NCBI GenBank assembly: GCA_010015805.1
Contig: ML978127.1
Span: 1-64,000, forward strand
Length of the DNA stretch: 64,000 nt
Origin: Rhizodiscina lignyota
Taxonomy: Eukaryota
Direction: 5' to 3'
In this document: positions 25,502 through 37,562 of the stretch, in pieces
How positions within the stretch are numbered: the stretch's first letter is position 1
Layout of the letters: each line of letters begins with the position of its first letter
Notes under the pieces: generated by a model
Seen by the model: only the letters and a program-made list of their open reading frames with translations
Databases searched by the model: none
Told to the model about the DNA's origin: nothing
Translations under genes and position numbers: made by a program

Positions 25502-27416
25502 TCAACCAAACACTGGATTAAGCCTTCCAGAAGCCCTATCCGCCACCCGCTGCGGCAGTACAATATCGTAGAGGTGTCTTGTCCACGTACACACGACCGA
25601 TCGCGTGACAGCGGGGTCGATTATCTCTTCTACGCCAAAGCTGTTGGCGGTGCGCACGGGGTTCATCAGTCGTCTATACTCTTCATCCAGCTCTCTATAC
25701 TTCTCCTTCCGAGCCTCCACGCCCTCGGTTCTCTCGATTTCGCTTAATTCGAACCTGTGGCCGACATCAATGCCTCCATTTAGCGGTAGGCTACCCCAGT
25801 TGCCAGAAGGCCATGCAACATTCATCGGGGGGTTCCTACACCGAGCCATCACACCACCTGCTACACCATATGCTCGTCGTGTAATAACGTTGAATATTGG
25901 CATGGTAGTAGTATAGTACGCTGTGGCGAGGGCAATACCATGCCTCATCGTAGCTGTTCGCTCTGCCACGGTGCCGATTGCATACCCTGGACAATCGACG
26001 AACTGCAGCACAGGAATGTTGAAGATGTCGCAAAATCGAAGGTGTCGTGTGCACTTCTGTGAGCCAGCTGCGTCTATAGCTCCTGCGTTGACCTCGCAGT
26101 TCAGAGAGATGATGCCTACAGGACAGCCCGCTAATCTTGCAAGTCCTACGATGGCTGTCAAGCCCCATAGAGCGCCGATCTCGAACCAGCTGTCCCTGTC
26201 AACGACTTCAGTGATGATTCTTCGCGGATCGTACATACGGTTTAGATTTCGGGGTATGATGGTAGATAAGTCCGGAGATGTACGATCGATAGGATCGTCG
26301 CTCTGAATTGTAGGCGGCACTTGGCGGCCGCAGTTGGGTAGAAATGATAGCACCGTGCGCATCTGCTCGAAGCATTCGGCCTCGTTAGCCGCCAGGTTAT
26401 CGATCGTACCATTTGTACAGTGCATGGATGGGCCGCCAAGTTCAGTGAAGGACAGGCCTTCTTCGAAAGTGGCCCCGGCAACAACGTTTGGGCCCGCGTT
26501 AAAGAGGCTACCGATGTCGCCTGCCATGACGGCAAAATGGCACATCACGACTCTCGCGGCTCCCAGTCCGATCGCTGGACCCAGCACAGCGCCTAGATTT
26601 GGGATCCCTTCATTGAGCTGCTGTGCGGCGTACGGAAGCGCTTCCACTGATGGTATGTATGACCAGCCTTCTTTCTTGATTGTTGTGACTGAGCCGCCTC
26701 CCGAAGCTCCGTCGACGAGCTTGATCATTGGCAGTTTCAATGCGAGCGCGAGCTTCTCCATATATACCTGTGTGTAATTAGTCATTGGTCCCATTCACGC
26801 CATGCGTTTATGAAAGCTCGTACTGTTTTAGCTTTTAATGCCCCGTCAGCGTGTCCGGCACGAAGCGAGTAATCGTCCGCAGTGAAAACAACCGTCCGCC
26901 CTTTCATCTTGCCAAATCCCTGGACATTGTTACTTGGCGTGTCTAAGACACTGTCAGCCATTATTGCCCTTCCATCCTCTCTTAAACGTATTCGACCCAC
27001 TCACAATCGACAATCTCCTCCCTGGCCTCCCCAGTCTTCTTCCAGTTTACCTCCCCACTCACACTTCCCACCTCCCTGAATGTGCCCTTATCCAGAATTA
27101 AATCTACTCGCTCTCGCACCCAGAGCTTCCCAGCTTTCTTTTGGCGCACATATCCTCGGTGGTTCGGGTTTGGCGTTGAAGCGATTTTCTGCAGCGTCGA
27201 TATCTGGCCAAGGATGTCGGAATAGTTTGCTGGCAGCTCATTCTCATCGCTCTTTCGCCGAGAACGTCTACGGGAGGTGTTCGGAGTTGGTTCGACGGAC
27301 GCAGAGGACTGTGAGACGTGCGAAGTTATTTGGGACAGGCGTTCTGCTGCTTTCGACTTCTCGTCTGATGTCGAGCTTCGCGTCGGTGAGGGTGATGGCG
27401 CGTCGCCGTCAGCCAT
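25502..27416 (-). CDS. Acyl-CoA carboxylase carboxyltransferase (beta) subunit; 3 exons
   Basis: GKLWVRERVDLILDKGTFREVG, ADDYSLRAGHADG, LVDGASGGGS, GPAIGLGA, LFNAGP, FVDCPGYAIG and RRAYGVAG: a PCC/MCC-beta-type tandem crotonase fold. Confidence 0.92.
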
Positions 27417-27859
27417 TGTGCGCCGATGGTAAGGAATAAGGGATAAGTGGAAACTGATGGCATTACGCGCTCCAGGAGCGCGATGTATATGATCTCTCAC
27501 ATTTTGGATCGAGGTTGTTCCTCCTTCGTGGCATGGCACAATTCGGTACGAGATGGCCGAGGCAAAGGTCCCTCGTCCCATTGCGGGGATTTATGTAAGG
27601 CTGGAGTATCACCATCCATTGCCATTTTTATATCGCCGCTGGGTGCCGAATAGATCGTTCTTGAATTTGTTTGGATAATTTCTCTTCATTTCCTACCTAT
27701 CCTGCTTTCTACGGCTGATACCAGATCCTCCGTTTTCTGTCGCAGTCTCAAAGACCAGCTATTCTTTCAGTTCCGAAGCGGGAGGCAACCGGACGTTCAG
27801 AATTCAAGAGTTATTTTTAAGGAAATATATAGTGAAGATCCGGATTTTCAAAGTTAATC
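27417..27859. promoter_or_regulatory. Putative bidirectional promoter (about 440 bp) of the carboxylase pair
   Basis: Divergent ATGs at 27416 and 27860. Contains CCGAGG (27557-27562, FarA/FarB-type core) and SYGGRG-like hexamers (CreA-type). Such short motifs may be chance matches. Confidence 0.45.
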
Positions 27860-30009
27860 ATGGTTCAACATCATACTCGTCCCATAAAACGCCTTCTGGT
27901 GGCGAACAGGTATTTCAATTCCGAGAACATCAACACAACTATATTCTCACATCCAGACAGAGGCGAAATAGCTGTACGAATTATCTCTGCAGCACGCGAA
28001 CTTGATATCGAAACGTACGCTGTATACACAGCCGATGATATTACTCACGCCAAAGGCGCTGCCCATGCACTGAAGCTCAAATCTCCAACTTCATTCATGA
28101 ACATTGATGAACTCATCCAGCAAGTCAAGAATAACAATATTGATGCTGTCCATCCCGGATATGGCTTCTTGTCAGAGTCGGCAGAGTTTGCGCGCCGGAT
28201 GTGGGATGAGGCTGGATGCGTAGTAATCGGACCTGGAGCAGAGGTGTTGGAGCGCACAGGAGATAAGCTAAAGGCGAAGATGTTGGCTGAGGAATGTATG
28301 TTGATCTGTCCAAATTAGTTGCCTATGATTTGTTGATGGATATTGGACAGGTGGCGTTCCCACGTTGAAAGCTCTGACAACACCGACCAACAACATCGAG
28401 GATCTGAAGGTCTTTGCTGACAGAGTCGGCTACCCAATCATGGTAAAAGCTGTAGACGGTGGAGGCGGAAGAGGTATCCGACTCATTCGATCAGAAGACC
28501 AGCTTCAACCCTCTGCGAAGAGAGCGATTGAAGAGAGCCCATCGAAGCAGGTCTTTGCCGAGAAGGCAGCCGTCGACGGCTTCAGACATGTGGAAGTGCA
28601 GATTGCTGGAGATTGTCAAGGCAATGTCCAACATGTATGGGAGAGAGAATGCAGTATCCAGAGACGGTACCAGAAAGTGGTTGAGCTCGCTCCAAGTCAG
28701 ATGGGAAATAGGCCGCTCGCCGCAAAGATTATCCAGGCAGCGTTGTCGATGGCGAGAAAAGTATGTATATTTGCGACTGCTTTGGCTTCCATGAATAACG
28801 AAAATGCAGATCGATTACTTCTCCCTTGGAACATTTGAATTCCTAGCCAACCCGCAAAGTTCAGAATTCTACTTCTTGGAGATCAACCCTCGGCTACAAG
28901 TCGAACACACAATCACCGAATCCATTGCCATGCTTGATCTCGTCCAGATCCAACTTCTCCTCGCACAAGGCCATCCGATCTCGTCCACGGCACTCTCAAG
29001 TACCTCGGGCGATCCTCTCCAACCACCAAGCCGGTGCTCCATCCAGCTGCGCATCACTGCCGAGAATCTGCACGCCGACTGGTCCCTCAGCATAGGCAAG
29101 ATAACATCCTTCTCATTTCCAATTGGCAACGGAATCCGAATCGATACACATCTCCTCAACGGCCACCCAGCTGTCGTCGGTCCGGACTTTGACAGCCTCC
29201 TCGCGAAGATCATCGTTACAGCCGCAACTTGGGAAGACGCTGTGAAAAAGGCCAAACGCGCGCTGCAAGACACCGAAATCGAGGGAGTGAAGACAAACAT
29301 AGATATTCTACGCGGTATCGTCGCACACCCGGACTTCCTAGCTGGCAGTTGCGACACAACGTGGCTAGAGGCCACCCAGGTTGAGCTTCTCAAAGCTGGA
29401 GAGGTCATTGCGCACTCAACTCCATCTTCGCTGCTAGAACTCTCAATGCCATCCACATCATCATCCGCAGTAGCAGGTGCAGGATCGAGTATTTTCCGAA
29501 AGGGCGACGCCTGGTCTCTCACACTCTCGCCTCCTGGTACCGCGAAGCCGGCGCTAGGAACTCCATCTGCGCATCTTCTTCTGACCAAAGTTTTGCGAAA
29601 CGAGTTTCCATCTGCAATGGCTGCGGAGATTGAATACACACCCGCATCGACCGATGCAGCAAAGGCAACCTCGCAGTCATATACGCTGCATCTTGCGTCG
29701 ACAACTGCGTCTGCGTCAGCAACTACGTCGACGCATCGCAGGGGAAATCCTGGCAACCCGTCGCATATAGTGATCCCATTTTCCGGGAAGCTCGTCGAGG
29801 TCTTAATAGGAGAGGGTGATATACTCCGTAAAGGTGACGTCGTCTGCGTTGTACAGCAGATGAAGATGGAGCTCGAGGTTCGTGCAAGCCGTGCAGGGCG
29901 GGTTACATGGGTCACAGAAGCGGAGGATGGGGAGGAAGTTGGTGAAGGAACTTTGGCGGCTGAGATTGAAGTGTTGGATGAGGAGAAAGGGGTCGCAGCG
30001 AAGCTGTAA
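27860..30009 (+). CDS. Biotin carboxylase fused to biotin carboxyl carrier domain (acyl-CoA carboxylase alpha subunit); 4 exons
   Basis: LLVANR|GEIAVR, HPGYGFLSES, KAVDGGGGRGIR, RHVEVQ, ERECSIQRRYQKVVE, FLEINPRLQVEHTITE and FDSLLAKII; C-terminal biotinyl domain VVQQMKMELEVRA. Confidence 0.93.
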
Positions 30010-30088
30010 ACCGAGTTTGAAATATGAGATGTACATAGACGTCCAAGGTGCGTATCCAAAGAGATACTGTTCAAGATCCCTCGAATAT

Positions 30089-31216
30089 TCAATAGGTCAA
30101 GAAGAAGCTCATCGTTCCAATGATGCTATCACAAGCTAAAGCACGCACTGCCATCCCACTATTGAGCCCTTGCCATGTGTGGAGCGCGGTATACTGGTTT
30201 GCTGGTATCCGATTGGCCGCTTGTCCGATCAACATTACAGCTGGGATAGCCATTGTTGCCATGAACATGGTGTATAGGGGAGTGCGCGCTGTTTGCTGTA
30301 GCGCTCTTGAGCCCTTCGCAGTTGTCTCATCCGAAGGCGGCATGGCGCGAAATGTCAGAAACCAAGGTGCAAATAGCAGAGCGCGGACGACAATTGCGTT
30401 TCCCATCAGTTGAGACATGTCACTGCTCTTTTGCAACAGACCTATTCTGTATAGGCCCATATATACCAGAGTTGCCAAGTACAGTGCGTCAAGAATATCC
30501 AAATATTTCTTTCTCGCTGTCACGCTCTTTTGCTTCTCTTGGCCCGGTGAGAGACTTTGATTGCGATTATGAACTGTTGTCTCGGATGCACGTTGAAGAA
30601 CTAGCTCGATGGAGAATAGGTTCTGCGCAAATGAGATGGGTAGGATCTGTGCCAGGACAAAATACTGCCATAGACCCTGGACCCCGTATCGCCGTCCTGT
30701 CGACATGTCAACATGTTCAAGGAGTGCACACAGTTGGCAAGTTTGCAACATACCCTCCAATGCCATCCAGATGTTCATTGCGCCCGTCCATAAAAGCGCT
30801 CCTGGCACCCAAACCACGGTCCAGTTCTCGCCTTTTCCAAGAACATCGTGGACGAAATCGGTAAAGAGGGAGCTCTGGAGCATCCAATCCAGCGGCTTAA
30901 GTTCGTATGGCGGCTCCGGTACAGGAATTCCAACATTTTTAGACCAATTTTGGTATGACTGTACAAGAAAAGACGCCATATGATATGAGAGCACGGCAAA
31001 GCTAAGGTACGCAATGGCAGTTAGGTGCCGGAGAGTCGCGGACTCGCCATCGTTCACCCTAATGGACTCGAACAGCTCACGAAGATGAGAAGAGAGTGCT
31101 AGAGTAAGGAGTAAAGCAGAAAAAATATACGTAAGAAAGATGAAGGTGCCGATGTAGTTGGTTGGAGGATTAGACCATTGCTGAAGACTAGCAAGGACGG
31201 ACGTAAAGACGGTCAT
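30089..31216 (-). CDS. Fungal multi-pass membrane protein of unknown function; intron 30697-30753
   Basis: Several hydrophobic helices; LSYHMASFL, WMLQSSLFTDF and LAQILPISFAQNLF; 57-nt GTATGT..CAG intron. Confidence 0.7.
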   Translation of the reverse strand: MTVFTSVLASLQQWSNPPTNYIGTFIFLTYIFSALLLTLALSSHLRELFESIRVNDGESATLRHLTAIAYLSFAVLSYHMASFLVQSYQNWSKNVGIPVPEPPYELKPLDWMLQSSLFTDFVHDVLGKGENWTVVWVPGALLWTGAMNIWMALEGMLQTCQLCALLEHVDMSTGRRYGVQGLWQYFVLAQILPISFAQNLFSIELVLQRASETTVHNRNQSLSPGQEKQKSVTARKKYLDILDALYLATLVYMGLYRIGLLQKSSDMSQLMGNAIVVRALLFAPWFLTFRAMPPSDETTAKGSRALQQTARTPLYTMFMATMAIPAVMLIGQAANRIPANQYTALHTWQGLNSGMAVRALACDSIIGTMSFFLTY

Positions 31217-31635
31217 TGTACACCCTCTGCCACCAGGGAGAATATCAAGAGTTTCAGACTTCAAGCTCTAAGAGCGATAGCGAGATTGATTCGCCACCTT
31301 CGCTCGTCTGACATGACCTCCAAGTGCTCGAAATATTTCTATGTCGTCACTAAGGAGCCGATATTTAAGTATTCAATCAGCCCGAAGTCATTCCGAGGAG
31401 CGGCCAAACAGAATGAAAGCCCGGAACTATCCTACTTGAAGCAGCACTGTTCTCTATCAGCTCCTTCTTTTGAATCAGAAATGTGCTTCAACGGCTCATT
31501 CAACGTTTAACCACGAGAAAAATAAAGTACATTTATGCAGATTAAGGCTTCATTAAGTACAGTCTCCTCCCAGTATATCGGCAAGCCGTCTTTCAGATCT
31601 TCGGGCTTCCTTATGTTGTTCAGGTCCGGCACGTT

Positions 31636-33276
31636 CTACGGCCTCCAACGGAAGGCAGGATTCCTCCAATCCAAGTCTTGTACCTGCTTGCTCGACAATC
31701 CCGCCAAAATCGCATCTACATCCTTCTTCTCTCTCCTCCTATTATCCCCTAGCATCCAAAAGAGGAGGAGAATGCTGACCAGAAGTGTCGTACTAGCAGT
31801 GGCCAAGTTCAAACCGTTTCCGATGTGGTAATTCGGCCCATCGAAAGGTAGGAAACTCCAGGTACTGATTAATCCGCCCACATTTCCAAGCATTACATCG
31901 GTACCAATCGCAGCGCTGCGTGCTGTATCACTGATAACATTGGCAGAAACGTGGGCGTTACAGAGAGCGCCGAATGCAAAAGCCCCCGATGCGGTTAGGA
32001 ATGTTGCGCCATAGCGAACTTGAGGATTCTCGGAGGCGAGAAACATGATGTATCCGGCCATCATAAGCGGTGCCGACATGATGAAGAAGATCAAGCGCTT
32101 GTCGAACCTCCAGCTTAGGAACGGAAACGCTACCGTAAAGAATGCGCCAACAACATACGGAGGGACGGTGTGCAGCTGTTGACTGATGATGGAAGCTTCC
32201 GGATATATCGTCTTTACGATTGTAGGGGCGAAGAAGGCAAGACCTTGGACCGTGATATTGTTCAACAGGAAGATGAACGAGGTAGCGATCGTATTCGGAT
32301 TGAGAATGCCCGCCATTAACTTCTTCCCATCCAGCTTGTCTAGTACTTCCGTCGTTCCAACTCTCTCGCTCTTTACTCTTGCAATTGCCAAGTCTTTCTC
32401 TTCCTGGCTCAGCCATCTTGCGGTGGCAGGACGATCCGTCAACGTAAGGAAGCCAACCAACGATAATCCACAAGTGATAATGCCCTCGATTGCGAAAATC
32501 ATTCTCCATTCATGGAGAGAGCCGAAGTGGGAGAGTTTCAATATAGCTGACGCCAAGAGACCACCGAAAGCACCAGCGAGCGGCGCCATAACAATGTATA
32601 GTGAGAGACGGAACGCCAATTCGCTGCGACGGTACCATCTTGATAAATAATACGCTATCCCAGGCATCATCCCAGCTTCGAACATGCCAAGCAGAAATCG
32701 AACTCCAGATGCGCTGTGGATGTTGTCGACAAAGGCGGTACAAATTGAGCATATGCCAAATCCCAGGCTGATGGCCGGTATGTACCAGCCCGGACCAACC
32801 CATTTGCATGCCATATTAGAAGGAATCTCGAAGATGATATATGAGATGTAGAAGGTTGAAAGCAAAGAGTTGTAGTCATAACCCTCGAGCTTCAGATCTC
32901 GCTCGAGTCCCGCGAGTCTCGCATTGCCTAAAGTGATATGTGAGCGCTGGAGTTCACGAACCGACCAAGAGAACTCTCACCAATGTTTGCACGGTCGATG
33001 AAGCAAAACAGGTACAGCAGTGCAACAGTGGGGACAATGTAGAAGTCGATCTTCCAGCGAAGTCTGCGCTCGGCGACGGGATCGAACTGAATCAGAGAGT
33101 GGCCATATCTGGGTGGATATGAGTTGAATGTCTCAGGGTAAATTGGAAAAGGTCCTTTACCTGTCAGTGGCAGCGTGGCCTCTCTCTGCTGCTTCATGAG
33201 TCGTGCCAAGTCCCTCCTTATGTGCCACATGGTCATCCAAGACAACACTCTGCTTCTCTACCCCATTGGAGTCCAT
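31636..33276 (-). CDS. MFS transporter, anion:cation symporter (Dal5/Tna1 allantoate-nicotinate permease family); 3 exons
   Basis: RRLRWKIDFYIVP, FCFIDRANIGNARLAG, FEIPSN, RFLLGMFEAG, YLSRWYRRSELAFR and WRMIFAIEG. Introns 33109-33160 and 32928-32980. Confidence 0.93.
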
Positions 33277-34510
33277 GGAGGATATCCTATTGGGAATTAA
33301 GGTTAATCTGAATAAAAAGTAGAAGGTAATGATATCAAGAAAGATGCGGGATGCCGCGGTTAATGAATAGTTAGCTTCTTGCGCGAACTTAAAATCAAAG
33401 GAAACATAAGACCTTTATACTTGGAACTAAAGTGCTCGAAACTCCAAGACCATTGACGATAGCTATGTAGCGGGTGGGAAGCCTAGACTGCCCGTAATTG
33501 CGGACGGTAAATGAATGCGGTTATCCACGCCGAGAGTGTGCTTCAGAGGTCCCAGACTGACATCGATTGTTGTTCCATATAACAGGAAAACAGTTTGAAT
33601 ATGACATGGATAGCCCACGGAATTGCGGGGTCCCCAGATGGGAGGGTTGGCACGCGATGGCATTCGCTGGTCTACAAACTGCCATAAACCTCGACCGGCC
33701 CATTCATAAAGAGGGCCAAGGTCGCTTGGTTCGTCCAGCGACTCCAGCCAAGATTCTTACTGAAATTTCACTCCAGCATCCGACCCTCCAAGCCATAGAT
33801 GGTTACGTGGATGAATGAATAAGGCCGACGACCATGGACGGATGAGAATTCGGTAGCGCGACCTTGCCTTGGCCTTTCTTGTTGTTTGTCGATCCTGAAC
33901 TGAAGGAAGCCTCGGGGGAAGAAAAATCGCCGGGCCAGTAGGAGGTGATCGGTCCGGGAAGCTGCCGAAGATCTTAGTTAAATCACGTGACCAAATTTAT
34001 CGGACTTCCCGACAACAACTGGCTTGATTTCACGCCATACGGAATATAGACTCGGCATCGTCGTCACCTTGGGACGATGCTTGATTATCTCTGAACCTGT
34101 TCGCCTCTCTACACTTTATGTCATAGTGCGGCACAATACCATTCATCCGCATAGATGAAAGAACTTTCTAAGCGAAACAAAGATTCGACGTAGGGAAGTA
34201 GCCTGTTGGAACAGACAATGATGGAGAGACAAAGGCTTCATAAGTGACCTTTGTACTGAAGCTTAGGGGACAAAAGATTAATATATGTTGACTTGTCCTT
34301 CCATGCTCTCTAGTTCAACACCGCCCCCATAACGAATTTCCTTTCGTCTCTACTGTCTACAGCGAGCGGGACTCGTTTCAAGCATCAATCTCAATTTTTC
34401 TTTCTCTTCTCACATTGCTTGCCTCTCCTATTCTCAAAAGCACGACTATACCCCTCAAAGCACACGACCAGAAATTTCTAGTCATTATCGTGTCACGATT
34501 TACGACCATT

Positions 34511-35917
34511 ATGCCATCAACCAGACCCGAACTCACGCTCAAAATCGAGGACCATATGCCCCCATCTCCCTCATTTTCCAATCTTACAACCCCGGATTGG
34601 ATTATAGAGTACAATTATGGCGAGTCCTCGATGGCAAGTAGATCGCCAATCTTCCGGGACCCCTTCCCAGGCCCTCGTTTTCCGCCTCGCCGACCATACA
34701 GCCCACCCATCTCGCCCAAAACTTCTTCCAATCCTCTTGTAGCATACCTTGCTCAGGTGGTTAATGGCGAACAAGCTGACAGTGTCTCCGATGCCAGTTC
34801 CGACTCTGAGAGGACCATTTCGGCACCGAAAACGAATGACCTAATTTTTAATGGTAAGACAGCGAGGATACTTTTGCCGAATGACATGACTATGCAATTG
34901 CAATCATATTTGCTTGCGCGTAGACGATTTATAAATCTTGTTAAGGAAACTGATCAAAAACAATCCGAACTCGACACACAAGGCTGCGATCTCCTCGACC
35001 ACATAATTGAGCTCGAATCGACATCCCTCACCCCGATCAGCCTTCACCACTTGGCACTTATCTCACCTAGGGATGTCGAGGCTGTAGATAACCAACGTAG
35101 ATTATCTTCTGCCCTTCTAGCAACTGCTCGTATGCGCAGGCAAAATGTGCTGCAACAGAAGAAGGACCTACAAGACGGGTTGGAGAGGTTAAGGCAATTC
35201 ATGCAAGAGAAGCGGCGAAAGCTACTGGACGGCATCGATGGCCTGGATAGCCTCTTTGAAGTAAACGGGCTCTTGCCGCGCACAAGAATGCCGAATACTC
35301 CTGGAACAATGCTGTCCATGAGTCCATACTCTGGACATATCCCGATTGCGCTAGATTCTTCAGATGACGACCTCTTTGAGGAGGAAGATGCCCTCTACCA
35401 GAAGGATCCGGGCACATACAAAAACCGCGTAACCACACATGTTGCTAGTTCCACTAGCAAGGTGGTGGGAAGCTCAACTGGCCATGACATATACAAGATC
35501 GTTGACACAGACACGTACAAAATACCCATCACGCCTGATACCGATGAGACTGCATGTGGTACTGAGCACTCAGCTGGCAAGAATATCCTGTCACCGACGT
35601 ACTCAGAGGCCGCAAGCTATGCTGAATCCGCCTTTACTGATAACGAAATTGGTGGGATTACCATCCCACAAGAAGAAGATGACAGCAAGACTAATGTTAG
35701 CCGGATTCCAGCTGATAAACAAGACCGCATTTCCCGATGGCGAGATCAAGTCTGGGAAGGAACGCTGGGGAACGCCGTAGCCATAAGATTTTTATGCCCG
35801 ATGAAGCCAGCCATCACCAGCGTAGAGCAGGATTCAAAAGTGCGAGTTCCGCAGGCCAAGCGCAGAATGTTCAGCTTCTCTCGTAGCAAGGCCACCTTTG
35901 ATCGACCGGAACATTGA
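34511..35917 (+). CDS. Hypothetical protein (about 470 aa) with S/P-rich N-terminus and central coiled coil
   Basis: 1.5-kb uninterrupted ORF with heptad-like QQKKDLQDGLERLRQFMQEKRRKL; no family recognised; start codon uncertain. Confidence 0.6.
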   Translation: MPSTRPELTLKIEDHMPPSPSFSNLTTPDWIIEYNYGESSMASRSPIFRDPFPGPRFPPRRPYSPPISPKTSSNPLVAYLAQVVNGEQADSVSDASSDSERTISAPKTNDLIFNGKTARILLPNDMTMQLQSYLLARRRFINLVKETDQKQSELDTQGCDLLDHIIELESTSLTPISLHHLALISPRDVEAVDNQRRLSSALLATARMRRQNVLQQKKDLQDGLERLRQFMQEKRRKLLDGIDGLDSLFEVNGLLPRTRMPNTPGTMLSMSPYSGHIPIALDSSDDDLFEEEDALYQKDPGTYKNRVTTHVASSTSKVVGSSTGHDIYKIVDTDTYKIPITPDTDETACGTEHSAGKNILSPTYSEAASYAESAFTDNEIGGITIPQEEDDSKTNVSRIPADKQDRISRWRDQVWEGTLGNAVAIRFLCPMKPAITSVEQDSKVRVPQAKRRMFSFSRSKATFDRPEH

Positions 35918-36033
35918 GACTAGCCTCGATGTTTCTTTAGCATGTTATATTTGGCGTTAAAGGAGTATTTCATAGCGATTTACTTAGAATCTATACCTTA
36001 TTTCAATTTTTGCTTACAAAAAGATCTTCAAGT

Positions 36034-36966
36034 TCAAATCTTTTGTTTTGCCATCCACTCTTCTGCTTCTGCTTTGTATTCATCCCTCCATCTAGTGAGT
36101 GGCGGTCTCCCGTAGACGATATCTCCCACGCTCCAGAGCATGCGTCGCTTGTCCTTGTCCTCTGTAACGTCATTATCTGGGCAAATGATGTAAAACTTTC
36201 CTTCCTTCATCTTTTTCTCCATAAATTCAGCGACCTGTGCGGGGGACCATGCTCCAGCAGGCTTCTCCTTGGACGACCCAGGGCCCCCGCCGCTGAGGCC
36301 AGTGAATGTCCATCCGGGTACAAGAAGGTGGACAGATGTGCTAGTACCACGAAGATCATAACTGAGGTGCTCTGCAAGTGTCTTGACGGCGGACTTGGAT
36401 GCATTATAAGCTGGATTTCCGGGAGGGTTTGTGATACCTTGTTTCGAGCCGGTGATTATGATTGAGGCAGGACTGGAGGATGTGCGAGATTGGAACGAGG
36501 GCGCGAAAGTATTGAGGCCGTTGACGACGCCGAAGAGGTTGGTTTCCAAAATCTGCAACATGTGGGTATCAGCATCTTACTTATAATGGCCAATGACAGT
36601 ATAGTGCTCCAATGATTAGGCATGGTAGATCCTACTAACCTTCTGAAAGTACTCCTCATCCCCCCACGTCCCTCTCAGCCCAATGCCCGCATTCAGCATC
36701 AACAAATCGATCTCGCCAAATTTCTTGCCCACCTTATCCCTCAAGTCTTTCCATTGCTCTATCTTGCTCACATCCAGCTGATACGTCTCTACCTCCTCGG
36801 GACTCTTATCACCCAGCGTCTGCTTCGCCTTTGCAAGGTTCTCGCTGTTCCAATCAGCTACTGCGACTTTCATACCATGGCGACGGCAGAGCTGCGCAAC
36901 TGCAAGCCCAATACCGCTGGCGCCGCCGGTAATGAGTGCTGTTGCGGACGGGCGGAAGACAGACAT
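36034..36966 (-). CDS. Short-chain dehydrogenase/reductase; intron 36553-36639
   Basis: TGGASGIG, LNAGI, TNLFGVVNG and catalytic YNASK. Confidence 0.93.
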
Positions 36967-37562
36967 GATCCAATTGGTAGGGGAGAGTTTGCAAAGAGAA
37001 AGAATTTGCTAGTGGGGAGAGAGGAGTGAGATTACACGAACCTTGGAGTTTCAAGCTCCTCTATGACGGAGATTCGGAGTTAATGGAGGAAGCTCTGGCA
37101 TTCGCCCGTTTAACTCAAAGAGGGAAAGTGCTTTCCTTAATGAGAAGAGCCCTAAATAAAGTTCCGCGGATACTTCCGTCCCATCCCCATTTCGTTCCTC
37201 GCCTCTGCCATCATTTCATCTTACTAGCTTTGACAACACGAGAACGTACACACGCTATAGTGCATGCTAAAAGACATGGCCGCTAGGCTCCTGCTCTCAG
37301 TTCTCCATCCGCCGCTCAAACGGCGTCGGACTGAAGGAGATCCGAAGAATGTTTTGCTTGATCGTTGACGAGGACGCCCTTACCAACCACTTTTGTCGGT
37401 CTGGTAAGTCCGTTACGATTGGGGGACTGAGATCAACTTAGAGACTGCTGAGTTATCTGGTTCAACAAAATGGATTCACTAATCGTCACGAAGAGGTGTA
37501 TATAAGTGGTTGCGGTACGGGCGACTTCCCTGTATGGGCAAGTATTTTGAACTTCTTTCACA

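Noticed and set aside
28869..30092. 407-aa minus-strand ORF
   Set aside because: Antisense shadow of the biotin carboxylase last exon; no recognisable motifs; explained by codon bias.
33983..33990. TCACGTGA palindrome (bHLH E-box) between the MFS and hypothetical genes
   Set aside because: A single 8-mer is expected by chance about once in 64 kb.
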